From Microcoleus sp. (lineage in GTDB: Bacteria > Cyanobacteriota > Cyanobacteriia > Cyanobacteriales > Microcoleaceae), in NCBI GenBank assembly GCA_042408215.1, contig JAYFMW010000017.1, positions 448,001 to 512,000 of the forward strand: a DNA stretch of 64,000 nt. Reading direction: 5' to 3'. The notes beneath the pieces are model-generated. The model was not told the DNA's origin, did not search any database, and worked only from the letters and a program-made list of their open reading frames with translations. Positions 9,098 through 19,305 of the stretch are shown piece after piece. Position 1 is the first letter of the stretch, and each line of letters starts with the position of its first letter. The position numbers and the translations under genes were made by a program.

Positions 9098-10437
9098 CGA
9101 AAAACTGGGTCTAAAGCCCCGTCCTTCTAGGACGGCTTTGTAAAGCTTTGCAAACATAGAGAAAAATCTTATATCTGCTGGAGTAATATAAGGTGGGAGG
9201 TCAAACAATGCTAGTTTTTGAGTTTAAGGCCTACGGAAATAAGAGTCAATTTGTAGCAGTAGATGAAGCAATTCGTACAGCACAATTTGTCCGCAATAGC
9301 TGTATTCGGCTGTGGATGGACAACAACAAGATTGGGCAATACGACTTGCAGAAATACTGTGCCGTACTGGCTCATGAATTTCCATTTGCTGACGCACTCA
9401 ACTCTCAAGCAAGACAAGCTAGTGCCGAACGAGCTTGGTCTGCCATCTCTCGATTCTACGACAATTGCAAGAAGAAAAACCCTGGCAAAAAAGGGTATCC
9501 GCAGTTTAAAAAAAACTGTCGTTCTGTCGAGTATAAAACTAGCGGATGGAAACTCGCCGAAGATAGAAAGTCTATAACCTTTAGCGACAAAAAAGGGATA
9601 GGCAAGCTTAAACTAAAAGGTACTCGCGACCTGCATTTTTATCAAATTAGCCAAATCAAACGGGTGAGATTGGTAAAAAAGGCTACGGGAGTATACGTTC
9701 AGTTTTGTATTGACGCTGAGCGAAAAGAGAATACTGAACCAACAGGAAAGACTGTCGGTATAGACATGGGATTGAAGGAATTTTACACCGACTCAAACGG
9801 AGTAATGGTTGAAAATCCCAAGTTCCTCAGAGCAGGCGAAAAAGTTCTAAAGCGGTGTCAGCGCCGCTTATCTAGAAAAGTAAAAGGTTCAAAAAATAGA
9901 GGCAAAGCTAGGCTGATTTTAGGAAAGCGCCATCTCAAAATAAGTAGGAAACGTAAAGACCATGCTGTGAAGTTAGCACGGTGCGTAATTCAGTCAAACG
10001 ACTTGATAGCTTACGAAAATTTGAGGATAAAAAATATGGTGAAAAATCACTGTCTAGCTAAGTCGATTAACGACGCTTCTTGGTATCAGTTCCGTGTCTG
10101 GATTGAATATTTTGGTAAAGTATTTGAGAGAGTCACGGTTGCTGTCAACCCAGCATATACCAGCCAAGAATGCTCTAACTGTGGTGAAATTGTGAAAAAA
10201 ACGCTATCCACTCGCACCCACGTTTGTAAATGTGGTTGTGTGATGGATAGAGATGAAAACGCAGCTAGAAACATCTTAAGTCGAGGATTGAGTACGGTAG
10301 GGCATACCGGAACTTTCGGACGAGATCCGAGCAACGCTTTAGGAGAATTAACCTCTACTTTGATTGGAGAAATCCGGTCATTGCAAGTTAGCTCGTAGAT
10401 TAAAGAATCCCTGCGCGTTTACGCCAGGGAGTGTCAA
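9098..10437 (+). mobile_element. IS200/IS605-family element, tnpB-only, copy 2, inserted in a REP-like repeat
   Basis: TTTAC|CGAAAAACTGGGTCTAAAGCCCCGTCCTTCTAGGACGGCTTT left end; AAGAATCCCTGCGCGTTTACGCCAGGGAGTGTCAA right end. The flanks rejoin into a GGGCGGGTTTAC...AACCCGCCCCTAC repeat. Confidence 0.85.
9208..10398 (+). CDS. tnpB: RNA-guided endonuclease TnpB
   Basis: Close paralog of copy 1. GIDMG, AYENL, DRDENAA and the Zn finger are intact. ATG at 9208 chosen by alignment with copy 1. Confidence 0.95.
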   Translation: MLVFEFKAYGNKSQFVAVDEAIRTAQFVRNSCIRLWMDNNKIGQYDLQKYCAVLAHEFPFADALNSQARQASAERAWSAISRFYDNCKKKNPGKKGYPQFKKNCRSVEYKTSGWKLAEDRKSITFSDKKGIGKLKLKGTRDLHFYQISQIKRVRLVKKATGVYVQFCIDAERKENTEPTGKTVGIDMGLKEFYTDSNGVMVENPKFLRAGEKVLKRCQRRLSRKVKGSKNRGKARLILGKRHLKISRKRKDHAVKLARCVIQSNDLIAYENLRIKNMVKNHCLAKSINDASWYQFRVWIEYFGKVFERVTVAVNPAYTSQECSNCGEIVKKTLSTRTHVCKCGCVMDRDENAARNILSRGLSTVGHTGTFGRDPSNALGELTSTLIGEIRSLQVSS

Positions 10438-10565
10438 GAGATTATGCGTTTTCGGCAATTATTGTCTGTGAACCCGCCCCTACGGTATTTTTTCAAGAGG
10501 TAGATTGTGATTGATGGTGGCGCGGGGGCTGGTTAATCAGGAATTATTGCACCTTAAATCCGCCC

Positions 10566-11240
10566 TTAAAAGTTGAACACTTCAAATTCTGGACTACCAT
10601 AAACCATTTGTTTATCTACCGCCGACAAAACCTTATTGTTAGCGACATCAGAAACTAAACATTGGCAAACTAACTGCGCTACATCGGCCCGATGAATTGT
10701 TCCAGCAACTCGACAATCTTCTGTTAAAATACCGTTGCTCGTTGCTGGTTCCGATTTCAGTCCGCCCGGACGAATTACAGTATAAATCATCCCGCTTGCT
10801 ATCAAGTGATTTTCGGCTTTTTCCTTCTCTATTAAAACTGGCCCCAAAGTTTCCAAAACTTGCGGTTGCAAAGCAGCGGCACTGTTACCGCTACCGATGG
10901 ATGACACTAAAATAAACTTCTGCACTCCTGCTTTTACAGCTGCGTCAATCAAGTTTTTGTTGCCTAAATAATCTGCTCTTTCTCCATCTTTTGGTAAGCC
11001 GCCAATGGTGCTGATTACGGCATAAATCGGTTCGCCACCTGTCATCGCTGCGAGCACGGCATCCGCGTCCAAAGCATCGCCCAGAGCGACTTTGATGCCC
11101 ATTGCTGCTAATTCTGGGCTGGTTTCGGGCGATCGCAAAAGTGCTGTTACTTGCATCTGTTGTTCTGTCAAACATTTCGCGATTTCTAAACCAACGCCTC
11201 GGCTAGCACCTGCTAAAAAAATGTGGGTTCTCTCTGTCAT
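10566..11240 (-). CDS. NAD(P)-binding atypical SDR oxidoreductase
   Basis: GASRGVG Rossmann motif, YTVIRPGGL, IHRADVA. Confidence 0.9.
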   Translation of the reverse strand: MTERTHIFLAGASRGVGLEIAKCLTEQQMQVTALLRSPETSPELAAMGIKVALGDALDADAVLAAMTGGEPIYAVISTIGGLPKDGERADYLGNKNLIDAAVKAGVQKFILVSSIGSGNSAAALQPQVLETLGPVLIEKEKAENHLIASGMIYTVIRPGGLKSEPATSNGILTEDCRVAGTIHRADVAQLVCQCLVSDVANNKVLSAVDKQMVYGSPEFEVFNF

Positions 11241-11391
11241 ATCAATTTTGTTGTAGTTTGTGCAGAATTTGGTTTTTTTGACTAGGGATCATTATATAAT
11301 AATCTTCTGTCAATTTGTGAATTATTTTTTTTTCTTTAACCGCAGAGGGCGCAGAGAGCACAGAGGAAGAGTGGGGAGTGATTCACAATTC

Positions 11392-12006
11392 CTATGAGAT
11401 TTTTTTCCCTACCATTACTACCCAAGATTGAGCTTCGCGTGGTAAACCGGGTGGGCGATAGTAGTGATTGATAATTGCAAATCCTGCTTGTTCTAAGCAA
11501 GGTCTTAAAGTGTGATATTCCCATCCAGCAGTGTAGCGTTTTCCTGTCGGCCTCTCGTCGTAGCCTTCCCAATTTCCTCGGCACATTGACATCACAATTG
11601 CACCGTTAATAACTAGGGCTTTGTGCAAGTCTTTCAGCACTTTTATCATCTCATCCCTGGGAACATGAATCAGGGAAGCATTGGCAAAAATTCCGTCAAA
11701 CTCTGCATTTGGTAAGTCTAGATTCAGAAAAGATTGGTGTAAAACTTCGCAATCTGACAACTCTTTTGCTATTTCTACAAATGCTGGAGTTGCATCTAAG
11801 CCCACAACTGTGTGTCCTTGGCTCTTGAACGCCACTAAGTCTCGTCCTGGCCCGCACCCTATGTCTAGGATTTTACCGGGGTTGCGGGGCATGGCAGCCG
11901 TCAGTGCGTCCCGATTTTGGGAGACGTCGTGATGCCATGTTCCTGCTCGGAAAGATTCGGCGGTTAGCTGGTATTCTGCGATCGTCACTTCTTCACGTTT
12001 GTCCAC
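11392..12006 (-). CDS. Class I SAM-dependent methyltransferase
   Basis: ILDIGCGPGRD, FDGIFANASLIHVP. Confidence 0.9.
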   Translation of the reverse strand: MDKREEVTIAEYQLTAESFRAGTWHHDVSQNRDALTAAMPRNPGKILDIGCGPGRDLVAFKSQGHTVVGLDATPAFVEIAKELSDCEVLHQSFLNLDLPNAEFDGIFANASLIHVPRDEMIKVLKDLHKALVINGAIVMSMCRGNWEGYDERPTGKRYTAGWEYHTLRPCLEQAGFAIINHYYRPPGLPREAQSWVVMVGKKIS

Positions 12007-12159
12007 AATTCCTCCTTATATGATGTCCGGTTAAATAATACCCCATTCCATCCGATTTTCCATTGCCGAGGGATTTTAGATTAAAATTACTCATCAATTT
12101 AAAATCTCAAATCTCAAATTGCCCCATGCCCTATGCCCTATGCCCCATGCCCAATTTTT

Positions 12160-13573
12160 TTAATATTTTCTGCCGATTAGCAAATAAGTCGTCATGTCTC
12201 CTTTGCCTTTGACATTGATTGTACCGCGCTTTTCCAATAAATACCGATCGCACAGTAACTGATAAGTTGAATCGCTAACTTGAATTTTACCAGAAATTCC
12301 CTGAGATTCCATGCGGCTAGCTGTATTGACAGCATCTCCCCACAAGTCGTAAATAAACTTTTTGGTGCCGATTACACCTGCTACAACAGGCCCAGTATTA
12401 ATCCCAATGCGAATATTAAGTGGTTGGTCACATTCTCCACTCAAGTTTCATAATTTCTTGCTGCATTTCCAGGGCCATTTCGGCAATTGATTCTGCATGA
12501 TTTGTACAGGGCATTGGCAAGCCGCCTGCTACCATATAATTATCGCCGATTGTCTTGATCTTTTCCAGTCCATATTGCTCGCTTAATCGATCGAATGCTG
12601 AAAATATTTTGTTAAGTAATTCCACTAATTCTTGAGGAGATGTGCGGGAAGATATTTCGGTAAAGCCCACAATATCGGCAAAAAGAATCGTGACTTCGGC
12701 AAATCCATCCGCAATGTTGCTGTCACCTTTTTTTAGGCGATCGGCAATCATTGCTGGTAAGATATTTAATAATAAACGTTCGGATTTTTCTTGTTCTGCA
12801 CGCAATATTTCCTCGGCTTTTTTGCGCTGTGCAATTTCGTCATAGACTCGACAAAACATTTGATTGAAAGCAAGCATTACTTCTCCTAATTCATCATCAC
12901 GTTTGACTGAAAGAGAATAAAAATTAGGCTGATCTCGATCTTTGCTCAAAGCATCTCCCGCAGCTATCAAGTCATCGCGCAGTCTCAAGATAGGTGCAAT
13001 TACTGTACCTCCTAAAAATAGCATGGTCACAGAAGTCACAAAGGCTGATATAATGATTACAAGAATAGCAATTCGCCCGATAAATGCGTAAAGTTCAGGT
13101 TGAATTAAGGAAGCATCGTGGCGAACAATTAATATGTAATCACCTCCCAAATGTCGCTCACTCCAAGCAATATCATAGCGTTTCCCATCGAGATTTTTTT
13201 TGCGAACAATACCATCGTTTTTTAGTTCCTCTAAACTGATTTCTGGCGGTTCGCCAACTGTATAGATTAGCCCATCGTCAGCTTGGTAAATAGATAATCC
13301 TAAAATTACTGTAGAATCCTTAGTAATATTTTTAATTTTTGCTTGCAATACATTGCGATCGGACATATCTTGTTTGATCAAAAATATTAGGGAATCAACT
13401 GTGGCGCGAGATACCTGTTCCAGTTGCATTAATAGTTCATCTTCGCGCCGAAAATAAGAGGGAACTAAAATAATGGCCTCTATTACCAGAATGCTAGCAA
13501 ATACCCACAAGGCGATTTGCCTAGACAATCGAGATTTGAAGAAACCTAAGAATGAGAAAATTCGCAGTGACAT
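12160..13573 (-). pseudogene. Membrane HAMP-adenylate/guanylate cyclase, frameshifted at ~12445 (or a sequencing indel)
   Basis: ORF 12428-13573 (TM, HAMP, ILFADIVGFT, KIKTIGDNYM) continues in ORF 12160-12444 ([32 protein letters not shown]) after a one-base shift. Confidence 0.85.
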
Positions 13574-13811
13574 AAAATTTACTATTTACTATTTGTCAGT
13601 TGTCAGTTGTCAGTTGTCAGTTATCAGTTGTCATTAACTCTTAGTTTTTGACTCACGACTTATGACTACTGATTGATTAGAAGGCCCCTGAATAATATAA
13701 TAAGCAAATTAAACCGACAGTGCACTGACTAATCTGCCCGCCAGCAGAGAAGAAGTCAGAAGTCTTCACGATCTGGGTTAAGATAGTGATTGTAATATAT
13801 GGCTAGCGATC

Positions 13812-14561
13812 GTGAATTCTCATTCTACTGCCTCACTTGTAAACAAGGAAATATTTCCGGGAGAAGTTTTTGTCAATACTGCGGATTTTGATATCGGCAT
13901 TCGGCGACTTTTGCCTAAATATGACGAAATGCTGGATGTATTAGCAGGTTGTATTAGTAGTGCTAACCACCGTATTTTAGAACTGGGTTGCGGTACGGGA
14001 GAACTTAGTTTAAAAGTTCTCCAACGCTACCCATCTGCGGAAATATTTGCTGTAGATTATTCGCCGCGAATGCTTGATTTTGCCCGCAGGAAAATAGAGT
14101 CCGCAGGATATGCTGCTAGGTGGAGTGGAATTGAAATGGATTTCGGAGAATGGGCGAATAATCCCAATTTTTCTGGTTTTGGCGATCAATTTGATGCTTG
14201 TATTTCATCTCTGGCAATTCACCATCTTGATGATGAGATGAAGTTGAAGTTATTTCAACGCATTCGTGAAAGTTTAAATCCTGATGGCTGTTTTTGGAAT
14301 GCCGATCCGATATTAGCAGAATCGGCGGCAATGAGAGATATTTATCAAGCTGCGCGAGAAGAGTGGGCTGCTAATCAGGGGGAAACATTGGCAAAAATTC
14401 GGGGGAATGTGGGAATGAGTGTCTCTTATGGGTATTCCAATCCCGATCGCCTGGCGACACTCTCTGCACATTTGGAAATGCTGGCCTCATCTGGATTTGA
14501 GACGATCGCAGTTCCTTGGAAATATTACGGTATGGCGGTGTTTGGGGGTTTTGTTAATTAA
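13812..14561 (+). CDS. Class I SAM-dependent methyltransferase
   Basis: ILELGCGTG, FDACISSLAIHHL. Confidence 0.9.
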   Translation: MNSHSTASLVNKEIFPGEVFVNTADFDIGIRRLLPKYDEMLDVLAGCISSANHRILELGCGTGELSLKVLQRYPSAEIFAVDYSPRMLDFARRKIESAGYAARWSGIEMDFGEWANNPNFSGFGDQFDACISSLAIHHLDDEMKLKLFQRIRESLNPDGCFWNADPILAESAAMRDIYQAAREEWAANQGETLAKIRGNVGMSVSYGYSNPDRLATLSAHLEMLASSGFETIAVPWKYYGMAVFGGFVN

Positions 14562-14588
14562 GGAATTCTGGCGAATTACGGTGAATCC

Positions 14589-14640
14589 CGGCGGTTAGAA
14601 ACCGCGTCTACACAAGCAAAGTCCGCCTACGCGGACTAAG
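14589..14640 (+). repeat. Dispersed GGCGGTTGAAACCGC...AAGTCCGCCTNCGCGGACTAA double-hairpin repeat
   Basis: Other copies at 21321-21372 (+), 22083-22135 (-) and 62322-62372 (+). Confidence 0.85.
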
Positions 14641-14661
14641 AATCAGAGAGTATTCTGGAAT

Positions 14662-15051
14662 TTAAGGAACAGGTGTGGTAATTTCAGTAGGTGCGATCGC
14701 CCCTGGTGTTGGCACTGCTTCTGCTGGGTTTTGCAGCATTTGGCGCTGTTTGTTCCGAAATTCGGCGGCCGCATCGTTTAAATTTTGACGCTGTTCAGAT
14801 GTAAATTCATCCATACTGCGGCCGCCTCCCAATCTGGATCTATGAATTAAATCAAATAGTCCTGTTCCACTGCTGCGGCCGGAAAAAGGGTCGGGATTGT
14901 CGTTAGTTTGAAAGTCTTGTAGTGGCTGGGAATTGTTTAAACTGCTGGCTTGAGCGAATGTTGCTTGAGGTAAGAAAAGGGTGGAAGATGCGATCGCACT
15001 GACAGCAACCCGCATTATCCAATGACTCGATTTAGAAGTTTTGCTGTTCAT
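14662..15051 (-). CDS. Hypothetical exported protein
   Basis: 129 aa with an N-terminal signal-like segment ending TFAQ, and a FDLIHRSRLG motif. Confidence 0.7.
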   Translation of the reverse strand: MNSKTSKSSHWIMRVAVSAIASSTLFLPQATFAQASSLNNSQPLQDFQTNDNPDPFSGRSSGTGLFDLIHRSRLGGGRSMDEFTSEQRQNLNDAAAEFRNKQRQMLQNPAEAVPTPGAIAPTEITTPVP

Positions 15052-15171
15052 AATTTATTTGTTTAACCTTCAAAAAAAACAATTCTATCTAAACAATATT
15101 CTGAGGGTCAAAAAATATTGTACCACTTCTTAAAAGTTTAGATCCGGGTAGGGACACTCAAGCGTGCCCTT

Positions 15172-15367
15172 CTTAGTGTCAACTTAAGCCTGAAAGCCCT
15201 GATAAATCTCGTTTTTACCTGAGTCTAGATCCCCCTAAATCCCCCTTAAGAAGGGGGACTTTGATCGGACTCTTGTCCCCCCCTTCTTAAGGGGGGCTAG
15301 GGGGGATCTAGACTTCGACTAAAAACCGATATTTATCAAGGGTTTTAGGCTTAAGTTGACACCTATG
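15172..15367. mobile_element. MITE with GTGTCAACTTAAG terminal inverted repeats
   Basis: TAGTGTCAACTTAAGCCT...AGGCTTAAGTTGACACCTATG. The whole element is a long imperfect palindrome, flanked by GTAGGGACACTC and GAGTGTCCCTAC. Confidence 0.8.
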
Positions 15368-15461
15368 GACAGTGGAGTGTCCCTACGATGGACTGCGATC
15401 GGGGTAGGGACTAAGGCCAAGCCGTGTCCCTACAATGGACGGTGCTGGTTAAACGATCGCC

Positions 15462-16352
15462 CTAAGCAAACCTGCGCCGCAACAGGGGCTGAATGCTCAG
15501 CAGCGCCACTAAATCAAACACCAGCAGCACCAACAGCGCTCCTCCAAAGGTGACTGTACCCCAAGGGGCTTGCATGACGACACTGGCTAGCGACCAATCG
15601 CTGTGCAGGTACAAATAGCGAATAGGTTCGATCGCATAACTCAGAGGATTGAGTGTCACCACAACTTGCAACCAGTCTGGCATAAATGACAGCGGCGCGA
15701 GGGCTGTGCTGGCAAATAACAGCGGCAGGTTAGTAACAAAAATTACCGCAATCAATTCTACGTGGCCGGGGAGAGCGAAGGCTAAACCCAGACTCAAACC
15801 AGTGACACCCAAAACTAACAACAGGACTATGAGGGCGATCGCCCCTAGTCCGGCAATTCCGGGGAATCCCGCGCCCAAAAACGCTCCAGCCGTTACAATT
15901 GCGCCTGTTTGGATGAAGCTGAGGGTGACGATGAAAATAGCGGAAGCTAGGACGATCGAAAATCTGGAAGCCAGGGGCGCGACTAATAGGCGGTTGAGAA
16001 ATCCGAATTCGCGATCGAACATAATCGGCAAACCGGCATTCAGCGCCCCGGCAAAGGCAGTAAAAACGATTACACCAGCGCCGAGAAATTGTCCGTAATT
16101 CTGGCTTTCGCCGAACAAGCCAGCGGGAGCATTTTCAAACAGGGCTCCGAACAAAACCAACCACATCAGCGGCTGAATAATGCCTGCAATTAGCGTTGAA
16201 GGGCGGCGCTGCAATTGAATAAACAGGCGCTTGGTTAAGGCGAGTGTTTCTTGGATGAAGTCGCCCAGCAGGGAACTGTTGGAGGCTGTAAGGGCCGTTG
16301 AGGGCGATCGCTGCTGGTTGAGGTTGTTGGTGGATGTAACAGTACCGCTCAT
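15462..16352 (-). CDS. ABC-2 transporter permease (DrrB-like)
   Basis: IIQPLMWLVLFG, DREFGFLNRLLVAP, NPLSYAIE. Start taken at MSGTVT. Confidence 0.9.
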   Translation of the reverse strand: MSGTVTSTNNLNQQRSPSTALTASNSSLLGDFIQETLALTKRLFIQLQRRPSTLIAGIIQPLMWLVLFGALFENAPAGLFGESQNYGQFLGAGVIVFTAFAGALNAGLPIMFDREFGFLNRLLVAPLASRFSIVLASAIFIVTLSFIQTGAIVTAGAFLGAGFPGIAGLGAIALIVLLLVLGVTGLSLGLAFALPGHVELIAVIFVTNLPLLFASTALAPLSFMPDWLQVVVTLNPLSYAIEPIRYLYLHSDWSLASVVMQAPWGTVTFGGALLVLLVFDLVALLSIQPLLRRRFA

Positions 16353-16440
16353 AATTACTTGTTTGCGCTGATTTTGATTAAATCTAACTATCTTTACAGT
16401 AGCAAGTCTGGGGGTATTGGTGGCGATCGGGCGATCGCCC

Positions 16441-17199
16441 TTACAATTGTTGGGGGTCAATGCCTTTTTCTCGCAGCAATTCTATTAAAGCTTGATAGCG
16501 CTGCTGTTCCTGTTGTCGCAGAGTGCGTTCTGCTTCTAGCTGTTGTTGAGCGAGTTGTTTTTCTTGCTGAGCAAGTTCTTTTTCTTGCTGTTCGCGATCG
16601 GCCCGTTGGCTTTCCTGTTCTCGAAGTCGATCTAATTCTACAGAGGTGAGGAATCTGCGATCGTCTGGGCGATAAATTTCGATGGTTTCTGGTGTGAGTT
16701 GAAACCGTATCCCCAAGCGGGGGCTAACCCAACCGTTGATTTCAGCGATTTCTTCTAGGCGATCGCCCACAAGTTGAGAGCCTGTAAATTCTACGGTATC
16801 TGGGTCATAGATGTAATATTCTTCAACTCCATAGTTCTGATAGAAGAATAGTTTTTTGAGCATTTCCGTGTGGGTATTTCCAGGGGATAATATTTCAAAT
16901 ACTACTTGAGGCGGAATATTATCTTCTTCCCATTGTTTGTAATAACCCCTATCTCCTTTTGGTCTGCCAAAAACAGCGAGTATATCTGGTGCTTTGCGAA
17001 TTTTGTTATTGCCTTCGACGGGATACCAGAGTAAGTCACCGGCAATAAATACGTCAGGGGAAGTAGCGAATAATATTTCTAGATTTTCTTTGATTGTGAC
17101 AATCCAGCGGAATTGTTTGGTGTTGTCTGCCATTGGTTGACCGTCGCTGTCCGGGTAGATGATTTGTGGTGTTGTTTGTGGGGCGAGTTGTTGTACCAT
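16441..17199 (-). CDS. Uma2 family (DUF820) endonuclease with coiled-coil tail
   Basis: YPDSDGQPMADNTKQF, APD, VVFEILSPGN, YGVEEYYIYDP. Confidence 0.92.
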   Translation of the reverse strand: MVQQLAPQTTPQIIYPDSDGQPMADNTKQFRWIVTIKENLEILFATSPDVFIAGDLLWYPVEGNNKIRKAPDILAVFGRPKGDRGYYKQWEEDNIPPQVVFEILSPGNTHTEMLKKLFFYQNYGVEEYYIYDPDTVEFTGSQLVGDRLEEIAEINGWVSPRLGIRFQLTPETIEIYRPDDRRFLTSVELDRLREQESQRADREQQEKELAQQEKQLAQQQLEAERTLRQQEQQRYQALIELLREKGIDPQQL

Positions 17200-17319
17200 G
17201 CCGTTCACCTTTTGGCTGCAATAGTTTTAATTCTATCACGTAGAGGGGAGTCAAGGGCGATCGCGACTGAAAAACGGTGCTGGATATGCTATATTGAGTA
17301 GGAAGAATTTGGCAGAAAA

Positions 17320-17526
17320 ATGTCTTGTACTTTCACGGCAATTGTTTATTGGGAAGAGGATGTTTATGTAGCCGAGTGTCCTGAAGTGGGAACGGCTAGC
17401 CAAGGAGAAACGATAGAAGAGGCGATCAGCAATCTCAAAGAGGCAACGGAACTTTATTTAGAAGAATTCCCTCTGCCTAAAACTTCCCCCCGTCTGCTAA
17501 CTACATCTAACAGTGCTATCCTATAA
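17320..17526 (+). CDS. HicB family antitoxin (no hicA partner; C-terminus looks replaced)
   Basis: YVAECPEVGTASQGETIEEAISNLKEATELYLE. Confidence 0.85.
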   Translation: MSCTFTAIVYWEEDVYVAECPEVGTASQGETIEEAISNLKEATELYLEEFPLPKTSPRLLTTSNSAIL

Positions 17527-17555
17527 GAGAACCAGACATTGGCGAGGAAAAAATC

Positions 17556-18035
17556 TTGTCAACTATCACCGACATAGGGACTTTAATTAGCCGTCAGCCT
17601 GACATACACGGTGGCTGTCCAATTATTGCCGGAACTGGTGTTACAGTGCGGCGCATTGCTATTTGGTACAAGCAAGGTTTGAATGCGGAAGAAATTGCCG
17701 ATCGCATCGGGCATTTAACTCTCACCCAAGTCTATGCAGCTTTGACTTATTATCATGCTAACCGAGAGGAAATTGATGCTGACATTGCAGCGGAAGAAGC
17801 AGAAGGATCTCGAATAGAAGCATTGATTTGCGATCGTCAGATTCAAAAGCAGCCCACCGATATAGATTTAGAAATACCAACAATAGCCAACTATCTCAGT
17901 CGCCGGGAATTTATGCAATTGTCGCTAGAAGAGAGGCGAAATATTTTAGAAAGACAAGCTGAGGTAATGTTGCAGCATTATCAGGAAGATAGAGAATGGC
18001 AAGAATTAGAAGCAGGAGATTTAATTGACTACTAA
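17556..18035 (+). CDS. DUF433 protein apparently fused to the C-terminus of a different antitoxin-like protein
   Basis: First ~90 aa are DUF433 (GGCPIIAGTGVTVRRI...YAALTYYHANREEID). An unrelated tail starts at a CGATCG site near 17831. Confidence 0.75.
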   Translation: MSTITDIGTLISRQPDIHGGCPIIAGTGVTVRRIAIWYKQGLNAEEIADRIGHLTLTQVYAALTYYHANREEIDADIAAEEAEGSRIEALICDRQIQKQPTDIDLEIPTIANYLSRREFMQLSLEERRNILERQAEVMLQHYQEDREWQELEAGDLIDY

Positions 18036-18138
18036 CTCTCCTTCTCCTAAACGGGGTGATATTTGGTTGGCTAATTTTGACCCAACACTGGGAGCCGAAA
18101 TCAAAAAAATTCGTCCGGCTGTAGTAGAGTATGAGTAG
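18025..18138 (+). pseudogene. Truncated MazF/PemK toxin (N-terminal ~34 aa only)
   Basis: Manual translation MTTNSPSPKRGDIWLANFDPTLGAEIKKIRPAVVEYE*; overlaps the upstream stop codon. Confidence 0.8.
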
Positions 18139-18228
18139 TTACTTATCAAGGGCGATCGCACTTGGTTTAAGTAAGGGCGATCGCAGACTTACAACTTAGC
18201 ATTCCCAGGTTACGCAGTCAGAAGGCAG

Positions 18229-18759
18229 TTATGGTTTAGCAGCTTTAACCACATCCTCAACCATTTTAATCGCCTCTTTGATTGCCATTTTACCGTTTTC
18301 TACGGCCCTAATTAAATCCTGAGCGTCTTTCGGGCTAATTAAATCGAGCCTGACGGGTTCTTTCAAGGAAACAATAAATTTAGTTTTATCGCTGTCTCCC
18401 AGCTTAGAGGCTCTTTCTTTGGCTTCAACATCTCTTAGCTGTTCTTTTAAGTTTTTCAGCATTTCTGCTTGTTTTCCCTCATTAAAAGTGCCATCAAAGA
18501 ACATTCGTTTTGCCCCTACAAGAGCCGCAGCACCTAAAGCTGCACCCCCAACAACTAATCCTACGGGAGGTGCAACGGCTATTAACCCAAATAGAAATGA
18601 TGTACCACCGAAAGCAGCCACCGCCGCACCAGCACCGGCAGCCCCCACCACACCAATGCCAATCTCTCCTAAAATGCCTAATTTATCATGTGGGTTTTTT
18701 TCCAGTTGCTCTATTGACTTCAGAATTTGCTCTTTGGTTGGCGTTTTATTTGCAGACAT
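18229..18759 (-). CDS. Hypothetical protein with Gly/Ala-rich hydrophobic hairpin
   Basis: GIGVVGAAGAGAAVAAFGG...VGGAALGAAALVG followed by a charged helical tail. Confidence 0.7.
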   Translation of the reverse strand: MSANKTPTKEQILKSIEQLEKNPHDKLGILGEIGIGVVGAAGAGAAVAAFGGTSFLFGLIAVAPPVGLVVGGAALGAAALVGAKRMFFDGTFNEGKQAEMLKNLKEQLRDVEAKERASKLGDSDKTKFIVSLKEPVRLDLISPKDAQDLIRAVENGKMAIKEAIKMVEDVVKAAKP

Positions 18760-18792
18760 ATTAGACCTCAATCTTTTTGCTAATTTGGGCAG

Positions 18793-19305
18793 TTAAGCAG
18801 TGATGACGTTGCGGAAAATTGTATTGAAAACGTCTATCAGCAGTTGAAAAAATGCTTTGGCAATCTCAATAATGTTTTGAGCAATTCCAATAATTCCATC
18901 ATCAGACACCTCTTTGCCTTGGGCGCGTTGATCGAGTCGGTGGCCGGCTATTGCACCAATTGGGATACCCAGCGCTGTTGCCAAAGGTGCTAATAACGGG
19001 CCGACAAATGGTATCGAATTTGCCAAAATTCCTACAGCGGCGCCAACAGCAGCCCCTATCGCTAAATTGGAATGCGCTTTGACAAATTCTATGATTTTAA
19101 TCAGGAGAATTTTACCGATGAATAAAACTTTGTTACCAGCTTTTTTCGTGTATGTGGCGAGTTCATGCAGCCGGATCGAGACTTCATGCGGCAAGCCGAT
19201 ATCATTTAACCACACATACAAGTCGCTGCTACTCATTGCATCAGCATCGACTTGCCAGAGAGCCATTTTTAAATTAGCTTGAGGTAGGGATAATGGACTA
19301 GACAT
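18793..19305 (-). CDS. Hypothetical protein with glycine-zipper-like segment
   Basis: IGAAVGAAVGILANSIPFVGPLLAPLA..GAIAGHRLD. Confidence 0.7.
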   Translation of the reverse strand: MSSPLSLPQANLKMALWQVDADAMSSSDLYVWLNDIGLPHEVSIRLHELATYTKKAGNKVLFIGKILLIKIIEFVKAHSNLAIGAAVGAAVGILANSIPFVGPLLAPLATALGIPIGAIAGHRLDQRAQGKEVSDDGIIGIAQNIIEIAKAFFQLLIDVFNTIFRNVITA

